Shown here piece by piece: positions 26,201-41,265 of a stretch of 64,000 nt of DNA (positions within the stretch are counted from its first letter, which is position 1; the number at the start of each line of letters is the position of its first letter). The DNA is taken from NCBI GenBank assembly GCA_964658305.1, contig OZ210884.1, positions 2,418,001-2,482,000 on the forward strand. The letters run 5' to 3'. A program made the position numbers and the translations under genes. The stretch is from Leptogorgia sarmentosa (Eukaryota). The notes below the pieces were generated by a model, which was given only the letters and a program-made list of their open reading frames with translations, was not told where the DNA came from and searched no databases.

Positions 26201-29200
26201 GCACATTGCCCCTGGCATGGTGAATACGCATGGTAAATTTGGTGGCGACACCATTCAAAATGGAAGCCACAGAAGCAATCAAGTCCCTTCACCTGGTATG
26301 GTATATTTGCTATTGCTATTGCTCCTGTTGAGATTCCGTTGAAACAACGGGCTACCCATCATCATGCCCTTGCTCGTATTTTTATCACAGGTTTACGAAA
26401 TTTTCGCTGCACATTGCTCTTGGCGATGGTGAATACGCATGGTAAATTTGGTGGCGACACCATTCAAAATGGAAGCCACAGAAGCAATCAAGTCCCTTCA
26501 CCTGGTATGGTATATTTGCTATGGCTATTGCTCCTGTTGAGATTCCTTTGAAACAACGGGCTACCCATCATCATGCCCTTGCTCGTATTTTTATCACAGG
26601 TTTACGACATTTTCGCTGCACATTGCTCTTGGCATGGTGAATACGCATGGTAAATTTGGTGGCGACACCATTCAAAATGGAAGCCACAGAAGCAATCAAG
26701 TCCCTTCACCTGGTATGGTATATTTGCTATTGCTATTGCTCCTGTTGAGATTGTTTGAAACAACGGGCTACCCATCATCATGCCATTGCTCGTATTTTTA
26801 TCACAGGTTTACGACATTTTCGCTGCACATTGCTCTTGGCATGGTGAATACGCATGGTAAATTTGGTTGCGACACCATTCAAAATGGAAGCCACAGAAGC
26901 AATCAAGTCCCTTCACCTGGTATGGTATATTTGCTATTGCTATTGCTCCTGTTGAGATTCTTTGAAACAACGGGCTACCCATCATCATGCCATTGCTCGT
27001 ATTTTTATCACAGGTTTACGACATTTTCGCTGCACATTGCTCTTGGCGATGGTGAATACGCATGGTAAATTTGGTGGCGACACCATTCAAAATGGAAGCC
27101 ACAGAAGCAATCAAGTCCCTTCACCTGGTATGGTATATTTGCTATTGCTATTGCTCCTGTTGAGATTCCTTTGAAACAACGGGCTACCCATCATCATGCC
27201 CTTGCTCGTATTTTTATCACAGGTTTACGAAATTTTCGCTGCACATTGCTCTTGGCTTGGTGAATACGCATGGTAAATTTGTTGGCGACACCATTCAAAA
27301 TGGAAGCCACAGAAGCAATCAAGTCCCTTCACCTGGTATGGTATATTTGCTATTGCTATTGCTCCTGTTGAGATTCTTTGAAACAACGGGCTACCCATCA
27401 TCATGCCCTTGTTCGTATTTTTATCACAGGTTTACGAAATTTTCGCTGCACATTGCTCTTGGCATGGTGAATACGCATGGTAAATTTGGTTGCGACACCA
27501 TTCAAAATGGAAGCCACAGAAGCAATCAAGTCCCTTCACCTGGTATGGTATATTTGCTATTGCTATTGCTCCTGTTGAGATTCCTTTGAAACAACGTGCT
27601 ACCCATCATCATGCCCTTGCTCGTATTTTTATCACAGGTTTACGAAATTTTCGCTGCACATTGCTCTTGGCGATGGTGAATACGCATGGTAAATTGGGTG
27701 GCGACACCATTCAAAATGGAAGCCACAGAAGCAATCAAGTCCCTTCACCTGGTATGGTATATTTGCTATTGCTATTGCTCCTGTTGAGATTCCTTTGAAA
27801 CAACGAGCTACCCATCATCATGCCCTTGCTCGTATTTTTATCACAGGTTTACGACATTTTCGCTGCATATTGCTCTTGGCATGGTGAATACGCATGGTAA
27901 ATTTGGTTGCGACACCATTCAAAATGGAAGCCACAGAAGCAATCAAGTCCCTTCACCTGGTATGGTATATTTGCTATTGCTATTGCTCCTGTTGAGATTC
28001 CTTTGAAACAACGGGCTACCCATCATCATGCCCTTGCTCGTATTTTTATCACAGGTTTACGGAATTTTCGCTACACATTGCTCTTGGCATGGTGAATACG
28101 CATGGTAAATTTGGTTGCGACACCATTCAAAATGGAAGCCACAGAAGCAATCAAGTCCCTTCACCTGGTATGGTATATTTGCTATTGCTATTGCTCCTGT
28201 TGAGATTCCTTTGAAACAACGGGCAACCATCATCATGCCCTTGCTCTTATTTTTATCACAGGTTTACGAAATTTTCGCTGCACATTGCTCTTGGCATGGT
28301 GAATACGCATGGTAAATTTGGTGGCGACACCATTCAAAATGGAAGCCACAGAAGCAATCAAGTCCCTTCACCTGGTATGGTATATTTGCTATTGCTATTG
28401 CTCCTTTTGAGATTCCGTTGAAACAACGGGCTACCCATCATCATGCCCTTGCTCGTATTTTTATCACAGGTTTACGAAATTTTCGCTGCACATTGCTCTT
28501 GGCGATGGTGAATACGCATGGTAAATTTGGTGGCGACACCATTCAAAATGGAAGCCACAGAAGCAATCAAGTCCCTTCACCTGGTATGGTATATTTGCTA
28601 TTGCTATTGCTCCTGTTGAGATTGCTTTGAAACAACGGGCTACCCATCATCATGCCCTTGCTCGTATTTTTATCACAGGTTTACGAACTTTTCCCTGCAC
28701 ATTGCCCCTGGCATGGTGAATACGCATGGTAAATTTGGTGGCGGCACCATTCAAAATGGAAGCCACAGAAGCAATCAAGTCCCTTCACCTGGTATGGTAT
28801 ATTTGCTATTGCTATTGCTCCTGTTGAGATTCCTTTGAAACAACGGGCTACCCATCATCATGCCCTTGCTCGTATTTTTATCACAGGTTTACGACATTTT
28901 CGCTGCACATTGCTCTTGGCGATGGTGAATACGCATGGTAAATTTGGTGGCGACACCATTCAAAATGGAAGCCACAGAAGCAATCAAGTCCCTTCACCTG
29001 GTATGGTATATTTGCTATTGCTATTGCTCCTGTTGAGATTCCGTTGAAACAACGGGCTACCCATCATCATGCCCTTGCTCGTATTTTTATCACAGGTTTA
29101 CGGAATTTTCGCTGCACATTGCTCTTGGCGATGGTGAATACGCATGGTAAATTTGGTGGCGACACCATTCAAAATGGAAGCCACAGAAGCAATCAAGTCC

Positions 29201-30709
29201 CTTCACCTGGTATGGTATATTTGCTATTGCTATTGCTCCTGTTGAGATTGCTTTGAAACAACGGGCTACCCATCATCATGCCCTTGCTCGTATTTTTATC
29301 ACAGGTTTACGAACTTTTCCCTGCACATTGCCCCTGGCATGGTGAATACGCATGGTAAATTTGGTGGCGACACCATTCAAAATGGAAGCCACAGAAGCAA
29401 TCAAGTCCCTTCACCTGGTATGGTATATTTGCTATTGCTATTGCTCCTGTTGAGATTCCTTTGAAACAACGGGCTACCCATCATCATGCCCTTGCTCGTA
29501 TTTTTATCACAGGTTTACGACATTTTCGCTGCACATTGCTCTTGGCGATGGTGAATACGCATGGTAAATTTGGTGGCGACACCATTCAAAATGGAAGCCA
29601 CAGAAGCAATCAAGTCCCTTCACCTGGTATGGTATATTTGCTATTGCTATTGCTCCTGTTGAGATTCCGTTGAAACAACGGGCTACCCATCATCATGCCC
29701 TTGCTCGTATTTTTATCACAGGTTTACGGAATTTTCGCTGCACATTGCTCTTGGCGATGGTGAATACGCATGGTAAATTTGGTGGCGACACCATTCAAAA
29801 TGGAAGCCACAGAAGCAATCAAGTCCCTTCACCTGGTATGGTATATTTGCTATTGCTATTGCTCCTGTTGAGATTGCTTTGAAACAACGGGCTACCCATC
29901 ATCATGCCCTTGCTCGTATTTTTATCACAGGTTTACGAACTTTTCCCTGCACATTGCCCCTGGCATGGTGAATACGCATGGTAAATTTGGTGGCGACACC
30001 ATTCAAAATGGAAGCCACAGAAGCAATCAAGTCCCTTCACCTGGTATGGTATATTTGCTATTGCTATTGCTCCTGTTGAGATTCCGTTGAAACAACGGGC
30101 TACCCATCATCATGCCCTTGCTCGTATTTTTATCACAGGTTTACGAAATTTTCGCTGCACATTGCTCTTGGCGATGGTGAATACGCATGGTAAATTTGGT
30201 GGCGACACCATTCAAAATGGAAGCCACAGAAGCAATCAAGTCCCTTCACCTGGTATGGTATATTTGCTATGGCTATTGCTCCTGTTGAGATTCCTTTGAA
30301 ACAACGGGCTACCCATCATCATGCCCTTGCTCGTATTTTTATCACAGGTTTACGACATTTTCGCTGCACATTGCTCTTGGCATGGTGAATACGCATGGTA
30401 AATTTGGTGGCGACACCATTCAAAATGGAAGCCACAGAAGCAATCAAGTCCCTTCACCTGGTATGGTATATTTGCTATTGCTATTGCTCCTGTTGAGATT
30501 GTTTGAAACAACGGGCTACCCATCATCATGCCATTGCTCGTATTTTTATCACAGGTTTACGACATTTTCGCTGCACATTGCTCTTGGCATGGTGAATACG
30601 CATGGTAAATTTGGTTGCGACACCATTCAAAATGGAAGCCACAGAAGCAATCAAGTCCCTTCACCTGGTATGGTATATTTGCTATTGCTATTGCTCCTGT
30701 TGAGATTCT
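23214..30709 (+). repeat. Higher-order repeat: 18-mer of 3748 bp, two near-identical copies, each containing a 3-mer (626 bp) array
   Basis: Offsets 23214/26962, 23509/27257, 24670/28418, 26339/30087 and 26634/30382 all equal 3748. Internal offsets 24670/25296/25922 = 626 (marker GAACTTTTCCCTGCACATTGCCCCTGG). Confidence 0.93.
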
Positions 30710-33700
30710 TTGAAACAACGGGCTACCCATCATCATGCCATTGCTCGTATTTTTATCACAGGTTTACGACATTTTCGCTGCACATTGCTCTTGGCATGGT
30801 GAATACGCATGGTAAATTTGGTTGCGACACCATTCAAAATGGAAGCCACAGAAGCAATCAAGTCCCTTCACCTGGTATGGTATATTTGCTATTGCTATTG
30901 CTCCTGTTGAGATTCCTTTGAAACAACGGGCTACCCATCATCATGCCCTTGCTCGTATTTTTATCACAGGTTTACGGAATTTTCGCTACACATTGCTCTT
31001 GGCATGGTGAATACGTATGGTAAATTTGGTGGCGACACCATTCAAAATGGAAGCCACAGAAGCAATCAAGTCCCTTCACCTGGTATGGTATATTTGCTAT
31101 TGCTATTGCTCCTGTTGAGATTCCTTTGAAACAACGGGCTACCCATCATCATGCCCTTGCTCTTATTTTTATCACAGGTTTACGAAATTTTCGCTGCACA
31201 TTGCTCTTGGCATGGTGAATACGCATGGTAAATTTGGTGGCGACACCATTCAAAATGGAATCCACAGAAGCAATCAAGTCCCTTTACCTGGTATGGTATA
31301 TTTGCTATTGCTATTGCTCCTGTTGAGATTCCTTTGAAACAACGGGCTACCCATCATCATGCCCTTGCTCGTATTTTTATCACAGGTTTACGAAATTTTC
31401 GCTGCACATTGCTCTTGGCATGGTGAATATGCATGGTAAATTTGGTGGCGACACCATTCAAAATGGAAGCCACAGAAGCAATCAAGTTCCTTCACCTGGT
31501 ATGGTATATTTGCTATTGCTCCTGTTGAGATTCCTTTGAAACAACGGGCTACCCATCATCATGCCCTTGCTCGTATTTTTATCACAAGTTTACGAAATTT
31601 TCGCTGCACATTCCTCTTGGCGATGGTGAATACGCATGGTAAATTTGGTGGCGACACCAATCAAAATGGAAGCCAGAGAAGCAATCAAGTCCCTTCACCT
31701 GGTATGGTATATTTGCTATTGCTCCTGTTGAGATTCCTTTGAAACAACGGGCTACCCATCATCATGCCCTTGCTCGTATTTTTATCACAGGTTTATGAAA
31801 TTTTCGCTGTACATTGCTCTTGGCATGGTGAAACCGCATGGTAAATTTGGTGGCGACACCATTCAAAATGGAAGCCACAGAAGCAATCAAGTCCCTTCAC
31901 CTGGTATGGTATATTTGCTATTGCTATTGCTCCTGTTGAGATTCCGTTGAAACAACGGGCTACCCATCATCATGCCCTTGCTCGTATTTTTATCACAGGT
32001 TTACGAAATTTTTGCTGCACATTGCTCTTGGAATGGTGAATACGCATGGTAAATTTGGTGGCGACACCATTCAAAATGGAAGCCACAGAAGCAATCAAGT
32101 CCCTTCACCTGGTATGGTATATTTGCTATTGCTCCTGTTGAGATTCCTTTGAAACAACGGGCTACCCATCATCATGCCCTTGCTCGCATTTTTATCACAG
32201 GTTTACGAAATTTTTGCTGCACATTGCTCTTGGCATGGTGAATACGCATGGTAAATTTGGTGGCGACACCATTCAAAATGGAAGCCAGAGAAGCAATCAA
32301 GTCCCTTCACCTGGTATGGTATATTTGCTATTGCTCCTGTTGAGATTCCTTTGAAACAACGGGCTACCCATCATCATGCCCTTGCTCGTATTTTTATCAC
32401 AGGTTTACGAAATTTTCGCTGCACATTGCTCTTGGCGATGGTGAATACGCATGGTAAATTTGGTGGCGACACCATTCAAAATGGAAGCCACAGAAGCAAT
32501 CAAGTCCCTTCACCTGGTATGGTATATTTGCTATTGCTATTGCTCCTGTTGAGATTCCTTTGAAACAACGGGCTACCCATCATCATGCCCTTGCTCGTAT
32601 TTTTATCGCAGGTTTACGAAATTTTCGCTGCACATTGCTCTTGGCATGGTGAATACGCATGGTAAATTTTGTGCCGACACCATTCAATGTGGAAGCCACA
32701 GAAGCAATCAAGTCCCTTCACCTGGTATGGTATATTTGCTATTGCTCCTGTTGAGATTCCTTTGAAACAACGGGCTACCCATCATCATGCCCTTGCTCGT
32801 ATTTTTATCACAGGTTTATGAAATTTTCGCTGCACATTGCTCTTGGCATGGTGAAACCGCATGGTAAATTTGGTGGCGACACCATTCAAAATGGAAGCCA
32901 CAGAAGCAATCAAGTCCCTTCACCTGGTATGGTATATTTGCTATTGCTATTGCTCCTGTTGAGATTCCGTTGAAACAACGGGCTACCCATCATCATGCCC
33001 TTGCTCGTATTTTTATCACAGGTTTACGAAATTTTCGCTGCACATTGCTCTTGGCGATGGTGAATACGCATGGTAAATTTGGTGGCGACACCATTCAAAA
33101 TGGAAGCCACAGAAGCAATCAAGTCCCTTCACCTGGTATGGTATATTTGCTATTGCTATTGCTCCTGTTGAGATTCCTTTGAAACAACGGGCTACCCATC
33201 ATCATGCCCTTGCTCGTATTTTTATCCCAGGTTTACGAAATTTTCGCTGCACATTGCTCTTGGCATGGTGAATACGCATGGTAAATTTGGTGGCGACACC
33301 ATTCAAAATGGAAGCCACAGAAGCAATCATCTCCCTTCACCTGGTATGGTATATTTGCTATTGCTATTGCTCCTGTTGAGATTCCTTTGAAACAACGGGC
33401 TACCCATCATCATGCCCTTGCTCGCATTTTTATCACACGTTTTCGAAATTTTCGCTGCACATTGCTCTCGGCATTGTGAATACCCATGGTAAATTTGGTA
33501 GCGACACCATTCAAAATGGAAGCCACAGAAGCAATCAAGTCCCTTCACCTGGTATGGTATATTTGCTATTGCTATTGCTCATGTTGAGATTCCTTTGAAA
33601 CAACAGGCTGCCCATCATCATGCCCTTGCTCGTATTTTTATCACAGGTTTACGAAATTTTCGCTGCACATTGCTCTTGGCATGGTGAATACGCATGGTAA

Positions 33701-33802
33701 ATTTGGTGGCGACACCAATCAAAATGGAAGCCACAGAAGCAATCAAGTCCCTTCACTTGGTATGGTATATTTGCTATTGCTATTGCTCCTGTTGAGATTC
33801 CT

Positions 33803-35466
33803 TTGAAACAACGGGCTACCCATCATCATGCCCTTGCTCGTATTTTTATCACAGGTTTACGAAATTTTCGCTGCACATTGCTCTTGGCATGGTGAATACG
33901 CATGGTAAATTTGGTGGCGACACAATTCAAAATGGAAGCCACAGAAGCAATCAAGTCCCTTCACCTGGTATGGTATATTTGCTATTGCTATTGCTCCTGT
34001 GGAGATTCCTTTGAAACAACGGGCTACCCATCATCATGCCCTTGCTCGTATTTTTATCACAGGTTTAAGAAATTTTCGCTACACATTGCTCTTGGCATGG
34101 TGAATACGCATGGTAAATTTGGTGGCGACACCATTCAAAATGGAAGCCACTGAAGCAATCAAGTCCCTTCACCTGGTATGGTATATTTGCTATTGCTATT
34201 GCTCCTGTTGAGATTCCTTTGAAACAACGGGCTACCCATCATCATGCCCTTGCTCGTATTTTTATCACAGGTTTACGAAATTTTCGCTGCACATTGCTCT
34301 TGGCATGGTGAATACGCATGGTAAATTTGGTGGCGACACCATTCAAAATGGAAGCCACAGAAGCAATCAAGTCCCTTCACTTGGTATGGTATATTTGCTA
34401 TTGCTATTGCTCCTGTGGAGATTCCTTTGAAACAACGGGTTACCCATCATCATGCCCTTGCTCGTATTTTTATCACAGGTTTACGAAATTTTCGCTGCAC
34501 ATTGCTCTTGGCATGGTGAATACGCATGGTAAATTTTGTGTCGACACCATTCAAAATGGAAGTCACAGAAGCAATCAAGTCCCTTCACCTGGTATGGTAT
34601 ATTTGCTATTGCTATTGCTCCTGTTGAGATTCCTTTGAAACAACGGGCTACCCATCATCATGCCCTTGCTCGTATTTTTATCACAGGTTTACGAAATTTT
34701 CGCTGCACATTGCTCTTGGCATGGTGAATACGCATGGTAAATTTGGTGGCGACACAATTCAAAATGGAAGCCACAGAAGCAATCAAGTCCCTTCACCTGG
34801 TATGGTATATTTGCTATTGCTATTGCTCCTGTGGAGATTCCTTTGAAACAACGGGCTACCCATCATCATGCCCTTGCTCGTATTTTTATCACAGGTTTAA
34901 GAAATTTTCGCTACACATTGCTCTTGGCATGGTGAATACGCATGGTAAATTTGGTGGCGACACCATTCAAAATGGAAGCCACTGAAGCAATCAAGTCCCT
35001 TCACCTGGTATGGTATATTTGCTATTGCTATTGCTCCTGTTGAGATTCCTTTGAAACAACGGGCTACCCATCATCATGCCCTTGCTCGTATTTTTATCAC
35101 AGGTTTACGAAATTTTCGCTGCACATTGCTCTTGGCATGGTGAATACGCATGGTAAATTTGGTGGCGACACCATTCAAAATGGAAGCCACAGAAGCAATC
35201 AAGTCCCTTCACTTGGTATGGTATATTTGCTATTGCTATTGCTCCTGTGGAGATTCCTTTGAAACAACGGGCTACCCATCATCATGCCCTTGCTCGTATT
35301 TTTATCACAGGTTTACGAAATTTTCGCTGCACATTGCTCTTGGCATGGTGAATACGCATGGTAAATTTGGTGGCGACACCATTCAAAATGGAAGCCACAG
35401 AAGCAATCAAGTCCCTTCACCTGGTATGGTATATTTGCTATTGCTATTGCTCCTGTGGAGATTCCT
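33803..35466 (+). repeat. Higher-order repeat: 4-mer of 832 bp, two copies
   Basis: Markers GACACAATTC, CTGTGGAG, TTTAAGAA, CCACTGAA and CACTTGG. Offsets 33902/34734 and 34318/35150 = 832. Confidence 0.88.
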
Positions 35467-38400
35467 TTGAAACAACGGGCTACCCATCATCATGCCCTTG
35501 CTCGTATTTTTATCACAGGTTTACGACATTTTCGCTGCACATTGCTCTTGGCATGGTGAATACGCATGGTAAATTTGGTGGCGACACCATTCAAAATGGA
35601 AGCCACAGAAGCAATCAAGTCCCTTCACCTGGTATGGTATATTTGCTATTGCTATTGCTCCTGTTGAGATTCTTTGAAAAAACGGGCTACCCATCATCAT
35701 GCCCTTGCTCGTATTTTTATCACAGGTTTACGAAATTTTCGCTGCGCATTGCTCTTGGCGATGGTGAATACGCATGGTAAATTTGGTGGCGACACCATTC
35801 AAAATGGAAGCCACAGAAGCAATCAAGTCCATTCACCTGGTATGGTATATTTGCTATTGCTATTGCTCCTGTTGAGATTCCTTTGAAACAACGGGTTACC
35901 CATCATCATGCCCTTGCTCGTATTTTTGTCACAGGTTTACGAAATTTTCGCTGCACATTGCTCTTGGCATGGTGAATAGGCATGGTAAATTTGATGGCGA
36001 CACCATTCAAAATGGAAGCCACAGAAGCAATCAAGTCCCTTCACCTGGTATGGTATATTTGCTATTGCTATTGCTCCTGTTGAGATTACTTTGAAACAAC
36101 GGGCTACCCATCATCATGCCCTTGCTCGTATTTTTATCACAGGTTTACGAAATTTTCGCTGTACATTGCTCTTGGCATGGTGAATACGCATGGTAAATTT
36201 GGTGGCGACACCATTCAAAATGGAAGCCACAGAAGCAATCAAGTCCCTTCACCTGGTATGGTATATTTGCTATTGCTATTGCTCCTGTTGAGATTCCTTT
36301 GAAACAACGGGCTACCCATCATCATGCCCTTGCTCGTATTTTTATCACAGGTTTACGAAATTTTCGCTGCACATTGCCCTTGGCATGGTGAATACGCATG
36401 GTAAATTTAGTGGCGACACCATTCAAAATGGAAGCCACAGAAGCAATCAAGTCCCTTCACCTGGTATGGTATATTTGCTATTGCTATTGCTCCTGTTGAG
36501 ATTCCTTTGAAACAACGGTCTACCCATCATCATGCCCTTGCTCGTATTTTTATCACAGGTTTACGAAATTTTTGCTGCACATTGCTCTTGGCATGGTGAA
36601 TACGCATGGTAAATTTGGTGGCGACACCATTCAAAATGGAAGCCACAGAAGCAATCAAGTCCCCTCACCTGGTATGGTATATTTGCTATTGCTATTGCTC
36701 CTGTTGAGATTCCTTTGAAACAACGGGCTACCCATCATCATGCCCTTGCTCGTATTTTTACCACAGGTTTACGAAATTTTCGCTGCACATTGCTCTTGGC
36801 ATGGTGAATACGCATGTTAAATTTGGTGGCGACACCATTCAAAATGGAAGCCACAGAAGCAATCAAGTCCCTTCACCTGGTATGGTATATTTGCTATTGC
36901 TATTGCTCCTGTTGAGATTCCTTTGAAACAACGGTCTACCCATCATCATGCCCTTGCTCGTATTTTTATCACAGGTTTACGAAATTTTCGCTGCACATTG
37001 CTCTTGGCATGGTGAATACGCATGGTAAATTTGGTGGCGACACCATTCAAAATGGAAGCCACAGAAGCAATCAAGTCCCCTCACCTGGTATGGTGTATTT
37101 GCTATTGCTATTGCTCCTGTTGAGATTACTTTGAAACAACGGGCTACCCATCATCATGCCCTTGCTCGTATTTTTATCACAGGTTTACGAAATTTTCGCT
37201 GCACATTGCCCTTGGCATGGTGAATACGCATGGTAAATTTGGTGGCGACACCATTCAAAATGGAAGCCACAGAAGCAATCAAGTCCCTTCACCTGGTATG
37301 GTATATTTGCTATTGCTATTGCTCCTGTTGAGATTACTTTGAAACAACGGGCTACCCATCATCATGCCCTTGCTCGTATTTTTACCACAGGTTTACGAAA
37401 TTTTCGCTGCACATTGCTCTTGGCATGGTGAATACGCATGTTAAATTTGGTGGCGACACCATTCAAAATGGAAGCCACAGAAGCAATCAAGTCCCTTCAC
37501 CTGGTATTGGATATTTGCTATTGCTATTGCTCCTGTTGAGATTCCTTTGAAACAACGGTCTACCCATCATCATGCCCTTGCTCGTATTTTTATCACAGGT
37601 TTACGAAATTTTCGCTGCACATTGCTCTTGGCATGGTGAATACGCATGGTAAATTTGGTGGCGACACCATTCAAAATGGAAGCCACAGAAGCAATCAAGT
37701 CCCCTCACCTGGTATGGTGTATTTGCTATTGCTATTGCTCCTGTTGAGATTACTTTGAAACAACGGGCTACCCATCATCATGCCCTTGCTCGTATTTTTA
37801 TCACAGGTTTACGAAATTTTCGCTGCACATTGCCCTTGGCATGGTGAATACGCATGGTAAATTTAGTGGCGACACCATTCAAAATGGAAGCCACAGAAGC
37901 AATCAAGTCCCTTCACCTGGTATGGTATATTTGCTATTGCTATTGCTCCTGTTGAGATTACTTTGAAACAACGGGCTACCCATCATCATGCCCTTGCTCG
38001 TATTTTTATCACAGGTTTACGAAATTTTCGCTGTACATTGCTCTTGCCATGGTGAATACGCATGGTAAATTTGGTGGCGACACCATTCAAAATGGAAGCC
38101 ACAGAAGCAATCAAGTCACTTCACCTGGTATGGTATATTTGCTATTGCTATTGCTCCTGTTGAGATTCCTTTGAAACAACGGGCTACCCATCATCATGCC
38201 CTTGCTCGTATTTTTATCACAGGTTTAGGAAATTTTCGCTGCACATTGCTCTTGGCATGGTGAATACGCATGGTAAATTTGGTGGCGACACCATTCAAAA
38301 TGGAAGCCACAGAAACAATCAAATCCCTTCACCTGGTATGGTGTACTTGCTATTGCTATTGCTCCTGTTGAGATTCCTTTGAAACAACGGGCTACCCATC

Positions 38401-41265
38401 ATCATGCCCTTGCTCGTATTTTTATCACAGGTTTACGAAATTTTCGCTGCACATTGCTCTTGGCATGGTGAATACGCATGGTAAATTTGGTGGCGACACC
38501 ATTCAAAATGGAAGCCACAGAAGCAATCAAGTCCCTTCACCTGGTATGGTATATTTGCTATTGCTATTGCTCCTGTTGAGATTCCTTTGAAACAACGGGC
38601 TACCCATCATCATGCCCTTGCTCGTATTTTTATCACAGGTTTACGAAATTTTCGCTGCACATTGCTCTTGGCATGGTGATTACGCATGGAAATTTGGTGG
38701 CGACACCATTCAAAATGGAAGCCACAGAAGCAATCAAGTCCCTTCACCTGGTATGGTGTATTTGCTATTGCTATTGCTCCTGTTGAGATTCCTTTGAAAC
38801 AACGGGCTACCCATCATCATGCCCTTGCTCGTATATTTATCACAGGTTTACGAAATTTTCGCTGCACATTGCTCTTGGCATGGTGAATACGCATGGTAAA
38901 TTTGCCGGCGACACCATTCAAAATGGAAGCCACAGAAGCAATCAAGTCCCTTCACCTGGTATTGTGTATTTGCTATTGCTATTTCTCCTGTTGAGATTCC
39001 TTTGAAACAACGGGCTACCCATCATCATGCCCTTGCTCGTATTTTTATCACAGGTTTACGAAATTTTCGCTGCACATTGCTCTTGGCATGGTGAATACGC
39101 ATGGTAAATTTGATGGCGACACCATTCAAAATGGAAGCCACAGAAGCAATCAAGTCCCTTCACCTGGTATGGTATATTTGCTATTGCTATTGCTCCTGTT
39201 GAGATTCCTTTGAAACAACGGGCTACCCATCATCATGCCCTTGCTCGTATTTTTATCACAGGTTTACGAAATTTTCGCTGCACATTGCTCTTGGCATGGT
39301 GAATACGCATGGGAAATTTGGTGTCGACACAATTCAAAATGGAAGCCACAGAAGCAATCAAGTCCCTTCACTTGGTATGGTATATTTGCTATTGCTATTG
39401 CTCCTGTTGAGATTCCTTTGAAACAACGGGCTACCCATCATCATGCCCTTGCTCGTATTTTTATTACAGGTTTACCAAATTTACGCTGCGCATTGCTCTT
39501 GGCATGGTGAATACGCATGGTAAATTTGGTGGCGACACCAGTCAAAATGGAAGCCACAGAAGCAATCAAGTCCCTTCACCTGGTATGGTATCTTTGCTAT
39601 TGCTCCTGTTGAGATTCCTTTGAAACAACGGGCTACCCATCATCATGCACTTGCTCGTATTTTTATCACAGGTTTACCAAATTTACGCTGCGCATTGCTC
39701 TTGGCATGGTGAATACGCATGGTAAATTTGGTGGCGACACCAGTCAAAATGGAAGCCACAGAAGCAATCAAGTCCCTTCACCTGGTATGGTATCTTTGCT
39801 ATTGCTCCTGTTGAGATTCCTTTGAAACAACGGGCTACCCATCATCATGCCCTTGCTCGTATTTTTATCACAGGTTTACGAAATTTACGCTGCACATTGC
39901 TCTTGGCATGGTGAATACGCATGGTAAATTTGGTGGCGACACCATTCAAAATGGAAGCCACAGAAGCAATCAAGTCTTTTCAACTGGTATGGTATATTTG
40001 CTATTGCTATTGCTCCTATTGAGATTCCTTTGAAACAACGGGCTACCCATCACCATGCCCTTGCTCGTATTTTTATCACAGGTTTACGAAATTTTCGCTG
40101 CACATTGCTCTTGGCATGGTGAATACGCATGGTAAATTTGGTGGCGACACCATTCAAAATGGAAGCCACAGAAGCAATCAAGTCCCTTCACCTGGTATGG
40201 TATATTTGCTATTGCTATTGCTCCTGTTGAGATTCCTTTGAAGCAACGGGCTACCCATCATCATGCCCTTGCTCGTATTTTTATCACAGGTTTACGAAAT
40301 TTTCGCTGCACATTGCTCTTGGCATGGTGAATACGCATGGTAAATTTGGTGGCGACACCATTCACAATGGAAGCCACAGAAGCAATCAAGTCCCTTCACC
40401 TGGTATGGTATATTTGCTATTGCTATTGCTCCTGTTGAGATTCCTTTCAAGCAACGGGCTACCCATCATCATGCCCTTGCTCGTATTTTTATCACAGGTT
40501 TACGAAATTTTCGCTGCGCATTGCTCTTGGCATGGTGAATACGCATGGTAAATTTGGTGGCGACACCATTCAAAATGGAAGCTACAGAAGCAATCAAGTC
40601 CCTTCACCTGGTATGGTATCTTTGCTATTGCTCCTGGTGAGATTCCTTTGAAACAACGGGCTACCCATCATCATGCCCTTGCTCGTATTTTTATCACAGG
40701 TTTACGAAATTTTCGCTGCACATTGCTCTTGGCATGGTGAATACGCATGGTAAATTCGGTGGCGACACCATTCAAAATCGAAGCCACAGAAGCAATCAAG
40801 TCCCTTCTCCTGGTATGGTAAATTTGCTATTGCTCCTGTTGAGATTCCTTTGAAACAACGGGCTACCCATCATCATGCCCTTGCTCGTATTTTTATCACA
40901 GGTTTACGAAATTTACGCTGCACATTGCTCTTGGCATGGTGAATACGCATGGTAAATTTGGTGGCGACACCATTCAAAATGGAAGCCACAGAAGCAATCA
41001 AGTCCCTTCACCTGGTATGGTATATTTGCTATTGCTATTGCTCAAGTTGAGATTCCTTTGAAACAACGGGCTACCCATCATCATGCCCTTGCTCGTATTT
41101 TTATCACAGGTTTACGAAATTTTCGCTGCACATTGCTCTTGGCATGGTGAATACGCATGGTAAATTTGGTGGCGACACCATTCAAAATGGAAGCCACAGA
41201 AGCAATCAAGTCCCTTCACCTGGTATGGTATATTTGCTATTGCTATTGCTCCTGTTGAGATTCCT

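Noticed and set aside
33327..33548. The only minus-strand ORF (73 aa), suggesting an inversion or insertion
   Set aside because: The DNA remains + orientation satellite. The ORF arises from stop-loss substitutions in a divergent monomer.
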